NCBI RefSeq assembly: GCF_009914755.1
Contig: NC_060927.1
Source of the DNA: the human T2T-CHM13v2.0 reference genome, Homo sapiens
Length of the DNA stretch: 64,000 nucleotides
Strand: one strand, 5' to 3'
Below the pieces are notes generated by a model. The model saw only the letters and a list, made by a program, of their open reading frames with translations. It was not told the origin of the DNA and searched no databases. The position numbers and the translations under genes are program-made. Below are positions 26,593 through 39,300 of this stretch, piece by piece (position 1 is the first letter of the stretch; every line of letters begins with the position of its first letter).

Positions 26593-28824
26593 TAAAATAT
26601 AAAATTATTTATTATTGAAAGCCTAGCTGTTAACCTCCTACCCCCAGCCTCCATACACATAAAACACTCAAGATTCACTGGGCTATACAGCCATGAGGCA
26701 CAAGAAGCCAGACTATCTGTGAGAATTCACCCCTCCTAACTAACTGCTTACTTGACAAAACTGTTAAGGAAACGTATTATGCCCAATGTTCTGTTCAGAG
26801 AAGCAGTTAATACCACCCTATCTCAAGAAGAACAGATTACTTTTTGTTCCTCAGGAATTCAAGGAGAGAAACATTCTTTTATGCTTATCAGGGAAAAAAT
26901 GGGAGAAATTACTGACATGAAAACTTTACTGATAGGAGAATGTTCATTCTGACTGTTATTATAATGTGTCTTTGATTAATGTAAAAGTCTTGACCTGTTA
27001 AGTATTCACATTAATATTTTAAATTATCAGTGATAAAAGTTTCTTTTGTAGTATTAATTCACTTAATATTTTATTAATTTAGACAGGCTTGAAAGTGCTT
27101 CATAAAACCTACAACACTCATTTAGTATTCTTATTTTAATTTAATGTCTTCTGAAAGCCATATATTCTCTAATGATTTAAGTTGCAACAAATATTAAAAA
27201 TAAACTATATTATTAATAAAATAAGTTGGACCATCCTTAAGTACAGTAGAAAAATTTATAAATATATAAATATGTGATACAAAATTTTCTTTCTGATGAT
27301 GCTAGGAAATGCATTTATGATAGATTCTGTATTGGATGGGCTTAATTTGGAAAAGGTTTTATAAATGCTAAATTAAGAATAAATTTTGAACTGCATATTT
27401 TTTACTCTTATTATCTATTATACAGTAAAGTTGGTAATAAATATAAAAGTAACTCAGCATTGAGGTTTATGTAATTATCCAAGGAAGTATTCTAAAAATA
27501 GATTTATCTATATTATTAGAAAGTATTTTATTAAAATAGTTTTGAATAGTTTCATTCAGATTCAGGTCTTGCTTGAATAACAATATTCATTTTGTCTCGT
27601 AGTTTGTATTTGAAATTTAAAAATTGAAATGTTTAAATGGATCTGTAATTTTGATGAAAAAGAAGTGAGCAATGAATCTGTTTTCTTGAATATTTTCTAG
27701 TATTTATCTTAGCTATAAAAATTTACATTTCCAAAAGCCTGACTAGGTTTTATTAAATTTGAAAAATAAGTCGCTGATTGTTTTTGTAAAAACAATGGAA
27801 CAGAAAGTAGAGCAGCTGCACTTTAATATTGATATTTATTTTGAGGAATTGGGACCCTTCTAGGAAGCTCACCTACATATTATGTTGTTGAAAATTACTA
27901 AATATGGTTTTCTTCTTCTATGCAAGTGCCAAACTGTTTTCTCCCAGCAAATCTTAACTCAGAATCTGTGTGTTTCTTTTGTGCTCAGCCAGTGGACACT
28001 ACTCCTTTTTCCTGTGCTAGCCAAGCACTGTGTCTCATTTGAATGATGACATTATTGCCCTTAGGTTAAGGTCTGTTTTGAACTTAGAGGATTCTTGGCT
28101 GCCCTTTTCATCCATTTATGGTTATTTCCTGTTAACTTAACCCCTACACAGCACGTATAGATGTGTGTTTCTTATAATCAGGTTGATGGCAGTATTATTT
28201 CTATGAGCCCGGAGCTGCTCAATAAACATTGGGCTTGCGTTTTCATCCCTTAGTAACCAGCTACCTGCTAAGAACCACTCTGGACCTAAGAAAGTTCATG
28301 CTCTGGAACTCTGAGTCAGAGAACTAATAGAGCTCTGTGCCAAGGCAGGAGTGGGTCTGATTTTCACTGAATGGAGTCATCCAGTCAGCTGTTTCTTCAA
28401 AATTAAAGCTCATGGAGACAGCCTTTCTTCTTCACTCATTGGAGCTTAATCAAGATTGATTTGAGTACGTTTCCTTTTCTTTCAATCTTTAAAAAATGTG
28501 CCGGAGACTTTTGTTGATTTGTTTGAAATTATTTGCATTTAAATGGCTTCCAAGACAGTTTTCACGCAAAGGTTCTGGCTCTTATTTTTTGTACTTACTA
28601 TGGTTGACAAAATCATGATGGGACTGCGTTCTCCTTTTTCTTGATTTATGCTATTGTGGCAACTTCAAAGACAAATAAGGGAGACACCTACTTTTTCCCA
28701 TCCCCCTCCCACATTCAGAGGTTAAAGTTAAGGATGAACCGTGGACAATGTTAACTTCAGAGATTTAAATCTGTGGTCTTCAATGGGAACTTTAAGACTC
28801 CCTGCCTGTAATTAAGAGGCTAGC

Positions 28825-28845
28825 GATGATGATGATGATGATGAT
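28825..28845. repeat. (GAT)7 microsatellite
   Basis: Seven perfect GAT units. Confidence 0.95.
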
Positions 28846-28929
28846 GTGAATATTTCTGAGGTAGAGGTACAATAAGAGGCTGAGTCACAGATTTAAAATT
28901 ATCATTTGAGATAATAATAGAATAGTGTC

Positions 28930-29620
28930 ACAAGGCAGTTTATGGCTCATGCTGTAGAGAATTAAGAATTTAGAGGAAGGAGATGTTATTTTGCCTAGGA
29001 TCATATTTGACTTGCATCAAGAGGAAGAGAGAAGGGCCGTTTTAAATAAGGGATCTCTGGACAAATGATAAGAGGCAAAAAAGCACTCCATTGCAGGGAG
29101 CTGGGCCTTGAATACATCTTCTGGGATATAGTAAAAGGCAAAGGAAGTTTGAGGCCAGGTTTTGAATATGTGGGTGGGGAGTGAGGTGGGAAGGGGCACA
29201 AAAAAGATGCGGAATACCAAACTAAGGAATTAAATTCTAGGAGTAGACCGTAAAGGGCCACTAAAGGGTTTGATTTCAGGGAGTGAAAACCTCAAAGCAT
29301 GATTCTAAGTAAATCTGATACAGATTAGTTTGAATGGAGATTATCACTTAGAAACTGCTATAGTTATCTCTTGGGTTGAAGTGGTGCCAAAGGGTTTGAA
29401 GAGGGAAGGAAATATGCATTTTTAATAGTATAATAGTATGTATACAAGGCAGTATATATGAGGTACTCTAAAAGGGATTTTTCAGATTTATTATCTGTTT
29501 CCATTGTCACCATCCTGTGAAGTAGGCCCTAGTCTACTTTTACAGATTAATGAACAGAGGTCCTTAGGTTAGTGGTCAAAATTCATAGCCAGGCCTGACT
29601 GCCAAGTCGCCAAGCCTTTT
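28930..29620 (-). mobile_element. L2 fragment followed by MIR fragment
   Basis: GAGCTGGGCCTTGAA and GGCCACTAAAGGGTTT (L2); CCTGTGAAGTAGG..TTTTACAGAT (MIR). Confidence 0.5.
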
Positions 29621-30024
29621 AACACCCCTGCTCTGACTCATGAGCATGGAAATGGAAAACAGATAAACTTTTTAGTTTTTATTTTGAAAATATTACTTTA
29701 TTAGGAATTATGAAATGGATCCAAATTAGGGTTATATTCATACATATTTTTATATATATTCTTTCATGTATATTAGTACACCTGAGTTTGAATCAGATGT
29801 TATGTATTAGACTTAGCTAATTAGATTTAACTATTTCTTATTCACAGCATTTGAGGAAATGCACTTTAAATTGAGAGAAAATGTCAGTTAACAAAATAGA
29901 TCACTAATACATTTTATTAATGTATCAACTTAAAACATACAGTAAGAGAATACATTTTCTACCAAATAGTAATTTTAATATATTAAGAAATGAAACTGAT
30001 GTCTTAATTTTCAAGAATAAAAAT

Positions 30025-30305
30025 GAGATTTGTTAAAGGATATAAAATGACAGCTAAATAGCAGGAATAAGTTCTAGTGTAATACTGCTGTTGAATGACT
30101 GTAGTTAATAATAATATATAGTTTCAAATAGCTAGAAGGAAGATATTGAATGTTCCCAGCAGGGAGAAGTGATAAATGTTTAGGACAATGGATATGCAAT
30201 AATTACCCTGATCTGATTACTATACATCGTATGTATTGAAATATCAACACCATAAATATGTATAGCTGTTATATGTCAATTAAAAAATAAAATAAAAATT
30301 TCAAA
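30025..30305 (+). mobile_element. L1MA (L1MA4/5-like) 3' fragment
   Basis: GGAATAAGTTCTAGTG..AATAGCTAGAAG..TTACCCTGAT..GTCAATTAAAAA; TSD AAGAATAAAAAT at 30013-30024 and 30306-30317. Confidence 0.85.
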
Positions 30306-33300
30306 AAGAATAAAAATTATGGAATAAACAGGAATGTTTAGGAAAGAAGAGTTTAGGTTACTTTATTCATTGAAAGCTAGAAAACTTTTTAGTTTCATAT
30401 TTGTGTTACAAATATAAAAATGTTGAATACACTTGACTGGATTAATAAGAAATAGTAGAGGGAAGCTTATTTTTTAATGAGAGGATCACTTTAATGAATA
30501 ATAATTATTTTACAGATGTTTGAAGAAGTAGGTACTGACACCCAATTAATTGCCCACTACCAACACCAACAACATCTCTACCTCGGCACTCCCTGCACAA
30601 GACATTCTGGAAGGCTGGTGTTTGTTTTTAATTGATGCTAGCTTTTTATAATTTGTTGTTTTTTCCTAAAAACAATTTTAAAAAATATATGGCTAGTTGA
30701 GGAATGTCTGTTAGTTGTGTTCTGAGATTTACGTAGATCAGATTGCTGTTTTATCCTTAAACATGTTAAATGGATCCTTCCTGTTGAGCATTTTAAAAAA
30801 ATTTTTTGGAGTATTCTGATTTTTTTTTTTTTCATTGTACAACCTGCGCTTCCTTCAGTGAAAATAGTTTTGGGTTCACAAACAAGAAGCAGCTGTCTTA
30901 AATATGTTCATTGACTCAGCCGAGTGTCTGCAGTTGCCCAACAAAAGTTATTTGATTTTGGGTAGTGCAAAGAAATCAAAATTAGCATTCAGATTATATT
31001 TTGGCTGCTGTAATAAGAGCTTCTGTCTGTAACTTGAAGTTCTGAAATCCACATGTAGTGTATTTTTGTCTTAAAATTTGTAGAGATTTGAGCCTAAACA
31101 CCACTGAGACTATTAAGAGAACTTAACTGATAGAGCTCAGTATTTCTTTTGAATTATTTTTCTGATCCTCAGAGGAAAACATTGAGTCTTCATTTCAAGA
31201 TTGACCTAACAAGGGCTACATCTCAATGTTATTCACAAGCTGAGAAAAAAAAGTCATAATTTTGTGTGTATTATTTGGTGAAATTAAGTGAATGCTTTAG
31301 TTCACTGAAGAAAGTCAATTCGAAGAATGACATGGACAAGGCCAGAAACATACAGAGAAACATATCTCAAAAAGACTTTTCAGAATTGTAAAATTGAGCG
31401 CTGCAGAATAAAACAATTCACACATTTTATTAGATCCGTATAGCACTGCAAACTCATTGCCTCCTTGAGAGACCATTGCTGTAAATATGTAGGGAGCAAA
31501 AGAGTGTTGATGAGTCTCTGACATAACTAAATATTCATAATGGAATAGCATGCTACAAGAATAATGACCACACGAATGCAGCCTAGTTTTACGATTCTGT
31601 TTTCTCAGATCCTTTTTGAAAAATCTTACATCTTCAAAGTCTCTACTTGTGATTCTTTATCTCAGACAACTACAGAAAGATCAACATGGTTTAGAAAAGT
31701 CCTAAACACCAAATTTTAATCGTTGATAAAATGAATTTTTGAAGTTTTGATATCCACATGTAGTGTATTTTATTTGAAACTTGGAGGCAAATTGGAAAAG
31801 GATATCTTCTGTTTCATAACTTTCTAATGAGGCATAATCTTATGTCTGGACTGTTAAATTGAGAATTAGAGCAGATGTATTAGAGTCACTTGTATGAGAC
31901 CTTAAGTATCTCTTCACCTTAGCTCCCCAAGTGTAAAATAATTATGTTAATTATATAACTGTTAGTGCAGGTTATTTGAGAAAAATTGTTCTTATCTTCA
32001 AATCACAATCTACAAAGTACGTATTGAGAGGATTTGACCTATTAGGAGAAAGGTCCTGGCTATTTTATAACCCTGTGATACAAAGTGATATTTTGAGTTA
32101 AAGGGGATCTAGGATAACATGACTGCAGTGTTCAAGCATAAGTTGAGTATGGGATTTCATGAAAAGAACCTATGTTGGAAACATTTTGTAGTTCAGGTAG
32201 AAAGTGTGTATTTTTGAAGCTGTGTTGTACTATCGCCAGTTCCTCAAGATAACATCTCCTAAGTATAAGACATGAATTATTTAGAAGCTGAAGTAGGGAA
32301 TGGTAAAAGAAAGCAACCAGAATAGAGGAAGAGTATCAAACTAGGGTATATTTTTATTAAGTAGAAGAGTCCATTGGAGTACAGTGTGCTGAAATATTAG
32401 GATCTTATGATAAGTATTTAGTTCTCATATATTGTTTTGCCTTTTGTTTTTAAAGGGCCTGGCACAGCTGTGGGTGCTCACTACATTCACTTTGAATGTG
32501 GAATGACTGTTGGTCATTTTAATGAAGTAAATTTTAATGAAGTGAAATTTTTATCCTTTGTGAAGAGTGTCACGATTTACTTTTTAAAAAATTAAATAAA
32601 CTTTTGTTGGCTTTAGAATTGTTAGTCTTTCTCAGTGATAAATGAAAATGAAAAATTAACCCCATGGATGACTTTGTACTAGCCCCAGCTCTTTCATCTT
32701 GAACAGGTTCTAGGACCTTGAGCAAATTTCTTAATTTTGGCCTGAATTTTCTTGTCTTTCAATATGGGAGTTAAATTGGATAATCTCTGAAGTATGTTCT
32801 GACTTCTATAATTTTGTGATTTTGAATGAAGTAAAGTAGGAGTCCAAAATGAATAGAAGATTATTCCTAAATCAAGTTAGATGAAGTTAATAAGAGTTAT
32901 TAATAAGAGTTTCACGTTAACAGACTTTTGATAATAAAGAAAAGAGAACAAGAGTTAGAGAAAACGTTCCTTGTAGTAGAAATGGTTTCAGGAGTTGCAA
33001 AACCTTTTATGGGGTGTAATGACAATTAGATATGTTTGATTAGGGCAAAGAGTTTTTCTTGGGGTATGGTAGTAAGTTTTCCTATTATGTTGATAAAGGC
33101 TCAACAATTTCTAATAAAATGGCCATTTAAAATCTGTTTTTAATAAAGCTTTAATCTACATTTTTTTAAACCCAGCATTTTGGCTTCTGTACCTACCTGC
33201 CCACCCCAAAAAACCTTCACAGGAATCATATTGTTTCCTTTTTAACAGTTGTATAATTCCCCAGAAAAATTCAGAGCATAGGCAAAAGGTAAACATTCTA

Positions 33301-35414
33301 AGACTCTCAAAGAATGAAAATAATACTGATTAAAAGTATGCCTCCTTACAATAAAGTTTTCTGTTTTATAAATTGCTGCTTATTAGAGACAACCGGATAA
33401 TTATTATAGTAAGACCCACTTCAAGTTTTTTTTTAGAAATTTCTCTTATTCTGGATAACATTTGACTACTGTAAACTCTTGAAAATTATCATAAAATACT
33501 ACATGTAGAACTATTTTTAAAATAAAGAAGCCCACTTGTTAGAAATACATTTCTTCATGTATAAACACATACCTTTTCCACATTTGGAAGTCTTGTTTCA
33601 TGTAAAACACGCATAGAGCAGTTTGACAAAAGAGGCACTGTCCTCGTGACAGTCTTCAAGTATTTTATTTATGTTGGTGGACAGATGTGAACTGTTCTTT
33701 ACAAGTGGTATGGCCACAAAATGTAAAATTAATCACTCTCTTTAGAAAAAAAATGCATTCAAACATATATGATAGAATTTGACGCAAACCATTAATAACA
33801 CTTGTGATGATACATTTTTCAAGGGAAAAGAACGTGTCAGTAAATCATCTGTAGTCCCTTAAAAATTGGAAATACATGTCAGAGGAGCCTGAAAATTAGG
33901 CATTCACATGTAAATATCTTTGGAAATTCTGACTATGTAACTAATACCAAAAACTGCCTTTTGATTCTTCTTGATTCTTTTAGTAAGTACCGTAACGCCT
34001 TCGAGCCAGAAAGGTGTGTCTGAAAGTTCTAACACACACATTGTAGGATTCCTAAGTCATTGTCTCACTACCCTTCTAATTTTTCACAGATTATTCCAGG
34101 CGTTTAGTAGTAACATAAAAAGACCTCCTTTGTACTGATTTTAAACTTTTATATCACCTTGGAAGTTTTAGACTAGAAACCCTTGCGCTAGTAATGACTT
34201 TGGGACTCTGGACATTTAGCTGGATGACTGATCCCAGTGTATTGTTGCCAAGTGAAGGGAAGACATTGAGGCGTGCGATGCGTAGAATTGCTTTGACTCA
34301 CTTCTTTCCCCTGGCAGCGGTTGCAGCCTGGCGGCAGCAGTACCAAATCTGTGTACTTGCATGTTTGAAAGCTGCTTTTCTTAGGCTCCCACAGCAGTTT
34401 GTATAGAAGAGGAGCCAAAGTAAGACATCTAAAGAGACTTTCTCAAAAGCAATTCACATGTGATCTTACAAAGAACTCCTTTTAGATTTGGTCCTATCAC
34501 TACACTCCTCAGACTTCTGTTAAAGCCTTTGCTAAGAGGTAGTGTTAGGGCAAGGCCTGGTAAGTTCTATTGTGTTGAATTTGTTGCAGAGTGTTTTTAA
34601 GAAGTAACAGGCTTAGAGTAATTTAGAATGTAGGGGCCAGCCATCTCCAGACACGAAAGAGGGAACCTGAGATTGACAGGTTAGATGATTTAGCTAAGGC
34701 ATGCTCCTGCTTACAGAGTCCAAGTTTTCAGACTTCCATTTATGTGTGCATTTATTATGTCAGAATATGGTTTATGAATTGTAAGAAATAAGTTGCAGAA
34801 GAAAGAAAGGACATTTTAACTATACCATAAATGGTGTCAACTGCCATTAATCTGATAGGAAGATCCAGATTAAAGTTTCAGACCCTGGAGACTGGAAAGG
34901 GTTCAGAGCTGAAAGAATGTATAGTGTATCTGTCCTTACTCTGTGATATGATGAGAGGCAAAAGATGGCAGTTTTGAGGGAAATCAGAGCTTTTCTTCTC
35001 AGATACTGAGGGTTAGTTTGTGAACTTCTGTTTTTTGGCCATCATGTTTTGAGCACCTGCGGAGGAAATCGTGCTCCCTCAGCCTCAGCTAGTTTAAGGA
35101 CTGTGCTGATGGGAAGCAGAAGCAGCTCCTTGTGCCCTCTTAGTAAACAACACAGATTCTCACTTCAATAACTGATGAGTCTGTTCTGTTGTCTCTCAGT
35201 CCCCTTGTCAAAACCACTGATCTGGATTGCTCTACAGAAGCTGCTTTGCCCCTCTCTTCTCATGATCATGGAGGAGCTCAGTTTTAATACCGTCGTTTGT
35301 GTCTGATACACTTAGGCAGCAGTTCCCTCATGGACCTTTTAGATCAAAAATGAAACTATAGTACCTTAAGAAGCTTTTAAAGGAGACATTCTGTTACTAT
35401 TTGGGGAAGAATAA

Positions 35415-35570
35415 AAAGGCAGTATGATATAGCGGAAAGAGTTCTGATTTTGTGGTCAAGAGACCCAGAGCTTAACTCTGCCACTAATTGGTTTGGTGAA
35501 CTTGAGCTAACCTTTAACTCCTGTGGGTCTTTTTATTGTCATCTGTGAATTGGGGGACAAGATGATCTCC
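35415..35570 (+). mobile_element. MIR/MIR3
   Basis: AGGCAGTATGATATAGCGGAAAGAG..CTCTGCCACTAAT..CATCTGTGAAT. Confidence 0.6.
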
Positions 35571-36621
35571 AGGGGCTGGATTTGCAGTCCCTATCAAGTC
35601 TATATTGAAGGGTTTCATTTTTAGAAGAGTAGCTCTTTAAACTATCCTATAAATTAAATATGACACCAGAAATAGCAGTGACAAATGGAGAATTTTCCTA
35701 GGGAAGCCAGTTATGATAGGCTACAGAAAACTTTTTAAAATAAAAACTTTTTATTATCACACAGTAGGAATGCCCTCCAAATAAATTGATAATTTCTGTT
35801 TTACAATGTGGGAATCTGAAAATATCTAGAAAATTAGAAGCTTTTAAAAAAAATTATAGAATCTGCTTCCAAAGATCAAAAGAAAACAAAACAATGAGTC
35901 TATAACTAAGGTAATTTAGATAGATGTGGATTTCATCTGATTAAGTTTAATTATAAATTGTATCTGAATTATCATAGACTAATACTATAAATAAACATTT
36001 GGTTGGATATCAGTCTTCCATTTTGCCTTATGTATTTATGCTACATTAATTGGTTTCATTAATACCATTTAATTGATCATAACTTGTGTTACTGCCACCC
36101 TGATGGTAAAAGGAGCCTTTACAGCTGTGTACATGTAGGGACATGGTACCACTTTCACAGCTTTGCTGGAAACACTATACTGATTTCTAAATATCAGACA
36201 TAGCTTATTTAGAACAAGTGAGTTTGTTTTCATAAAATGTAGGGCAGCAGTAACAGTAATTACTGTCCTGATATAATGATGCTAATCTTTTATCATCATC
36301 ATCTGAAGTGAATGATAAAAGCATGTTAAATTGAATCTCCTTTCTAACTTGTGTTATGCAGCCATTATAGGTCCTGGACCACTTAGGAGATAACTGGGCT
36401 GTTCCTTATTCTTTGTGGTAGTGGCAGATATTCAACTTGAGATTTAAAATCAATATTACCAGTCAGAGTTGTGTGTGTTTAAAATATGTTGTCCACCAGC
36501 TCAGACCAGTAATTGGTGAGAAAGCGGTGTAAGGGATAGGTGTTTTTTCATGCAGAATAGCTTTTTAAAAGATCATTTCATCAAGATTTAAATGTAAGCA
36601 AGCAGAGAAATTTTATAAAAA

Positions 36622-36640
36622 CATCCACTAGATGGCATCT
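36622..36640 (+). promoter_or_regulatory. CTCF-like motif
   Basis: CATCCACTAGATGGCATCT contains CCACTAGATGGCA. Binding not shown. Confidence 0.5.
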
Positions 36641-37146
36641 TGTAATTGTGTTTAGCATTATCCTGAAGCATTCTTGACTAGAGGGTATAATTGGAACAGG
36701 TTTTTATTTTTTTCTCTGAAGGTTGGTTGTTCATGAATATATGGATTCATATATACTTTAAAATAATCTTAAGTGAAAAATTTTAACCAGTCATTTTGTC
36801 ATACTGCCCACTCATCATAGGAAACGTTTCTAGAACATTCCTGATATGTTCTCAAACATAGCATGACATTGGTAACCTGTACTAATAACATTGGGAAACT
36901 TGCTTTCATAACCATTTTACATTCTTAATTTTATAAAAATATGGAAAGCATAGAAAACTGGTCCCCTGCTAGAATATCCATTAGTTAGAAAATAAGCTTT
37001 GGTATTTTGCTTTGGTAGGGCATTGTGCTTGTGGCAGAGATACAGATTATATTTCTGGTGTGGTTCCAAAGTTCTTTTAAAGTTCTAAGAACCACTGACC
37101 TTGATCCTCTGAAAAATTTCTTAGTGTTGAATTTATTTTTCAAATA

Positions 37147-37493
37147 CAGATGCTCTTTGACTGAAAATGGGGCTACATCCTGATACACTCACTGTAAGTT
37201 GAAAATATCCTGTCAAAAAATGCGTTTAATACATCTAACCTTCCAAACATCATAACTTAGCTTAGCCTGCCTACATGCTCAGAACAGTTATATTAGCCTA
37301 CAAGTGGGCAAAATCATCTAACAGAAAGCCTATTTTATGATAGTGTTGCATATCTTATGTAACTTATCGAATACTAAAAGTTTTTCAAGCATGTTTAAGC
37401 TAGGTTAGGCTATGATATTCAGTAACTTGGGTATATTAAAGACATTTTCCACTAATTATATTTTTAAGTTACTTGTAAGTTGAGAAACATCTG
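37147..37493. mobile_element. MER47/Tigger5-derived MITE (TcMar-Tigger)
   Basis: TA|CAGATGCTC...AACATCTG|TA termini with long inverted arms. Confidence 0.85.
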
Positions 37494-37619
37494 TATTAAC
37501 AAGCTAACAATCTTATTCTTAAGTGCATACAAATTTACCAATGATTTGGTTAATCTCTTTAGCCTATTAGTATTTTTAAAAGCTTATTGTTTACGGAACT
37601 ATAAGTATACCCCAACGTC

Positions 37620-38010
37620 TTCTTTTTTGATTTTTGAATTATTTGTATTTTAAGTTAAAGAAAAGCTAGAAAATAGAATTACCAAAAAGAAGAAAACCTC
37701 ATCCATAATTTTATCACAGAGAAATAATGTCGTAAACAATTTAGCATTCATTCTTTCAGGCTTTTTTGGTTTATGTGTATATAAGCACATATTTATTATG
37801 TATTTTTTTAAAGGAATCAGGCTCTTATATTCTATGCAACCTTTTTTCCCACTTATCTTCAGTGTCTTTTTATGCCAATAAATGCATTTTCATGGAATTC
37901 TTAGTCACTATAAATTGTTACATTTTAACCAAGCTCCTGCTGTTTATATTTTGCCCCCCACCCCCATTTTTTCTCTACCCACAGATTTTTGACATGCAGA
38001 GATATTTCTT
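37620..38010 (-). mobile_element. L1ME-like 3' fragment
   Basis: CATAATTTTATCACAGAGAAATAAT..AACAATTTAGCAT..TTCTTTCAG motif; very diverged. Confidence 0.45.
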
Positions 38011-38160
38011 TACCTAAGGGTATTTAGTGAGGAGAGCACTGGATTAAAGCAGCATAGGTCAACCTAGCACAACATCTGGTTAATAGTAGGTTCTCAATAA
38101 TATTGAATGAATTTTTTACTTTTTTTGGTTACATGAGTTTAATGGTTAGAAGTTATTATG

Positions 38161-38464
38161 GGCCTAGCATGGTGGCTCAAGCCTATAATCCCAGCACTTT
38201 GGGAGGCAAGCCGAAGCAGGAGGATTGTTTGAGCCCAGGAGTTTGAGATAAGCCTAGGCAACACAGTGAGACCTCGCTTCTGCAAAAATTTGAAACATTA
38301 GCTGGGTGTGGTGGTGCACGCCTGTAGTCTCAGCTACTCTAGAGACTGAGGTGGGAAGATCACTTGAGCCCAGAAGGTCAAGCTACAGCAGTGAGCTGTA
38401 TTTGCACTACTGCACTTCAGCCTCGGCAAGAAGGGCAAGACCGTTTCTCAAGAAGAAAAAAAAA
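38161..38464 (+). mobile_element. AluJ
   Basis: GAGCCCAGGAGTTTGAG and GATCACTTGAGCCCAG, with A-tail. Confidence 0.92.
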
Positions 38465-38529
38465 GTTGTTAATTGTAGTTTATTTCAAGTTGACTTGAAT
38501 GTTTATAGTCCATGATTAATTATGATGAT

Positions 38530-38710
38530 AATGATAGCAAACCTTCATTTGCACTTACTGCAAAGCACTATTCCAAGCAGTGTATGTGTATATAAAAATG
38601 GCTTAATCCTCACAATGAAATAGATACTGTTATTATCCTTCCTTTTACAAATGAGGATGCCAAGGCACAGGGAGGTTAGGTTTCTTGCCCAAGATTACAC
38701 AGTTTGCAGC
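38530..38710 (-). mobile_element. MIR
   Basis: TTAATCCTCACAA..TTTTACAAATGAGGA..AGGCACAGGGAGGTTA..CTTGCCCAAGATTACACAG. Confidence 0.75.
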
Positions 38711-39199
38711 TAATAATTTATAGATGCGGGTTTACAAATTCAGGAAAAAAGAGAGTTCACAGTTAACATTTGTGTCAAATCGCATGAGATATGAAGCATA
38801 GACAAAGTGAAATTAAGCAGGATGGTCTAGGATTTCTTTCAAAGTCATATTTAAGGGCTTCATTAAAAAAAAAAAAAAGCCAAAGATTTGTGTAGTTCTT
38901 TTGAAATGGCGTCTGTGCCATTTTCTTATTGAATATAAGATCGCAAGTTGTAAAGTTTGTAGTCTAGATAATAGAGATTACAGTTATGTTTGACACCGTA
39001 CATATCTTACTTTGACACAGATGATACATAATTTTTAATTTGTATGGAATTTACATATCATGGTAATAATTTAATGCATATTACCCAAAATTCAGGCTCA
39101 TAGAGTTTTCTGGGCTTGAGTCGCATATTTTCTCAGCTTTGTCCAGGTCCTGCTGTGCTGAATATGGAAGCTGTGTGGTTTCCCAGCAGCAGAGCCATT

Positions 39200-39300
39200 G
39201 ATCTAATGAACATTTATTAAGCACCTAATATATGCCAGGCACAACAATAGCACTGGGCATACAAAGATAAATAAAATATCACCTCTTCAAGAAGACATAG
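39200..39300 (-). mobile_element. L2 3' end
   Basis: AACATTTATTAAGCACCTAATATATGCCAGGCAC. Confidence 0.65.

Noticed and set aside
30505-30635. TTTTACAG|ATG followed by a 39-codon ORF (MFEEVGTDTQ...)
   Set aside because: Weak pyrimidine tract and donors, no recognisable homology.
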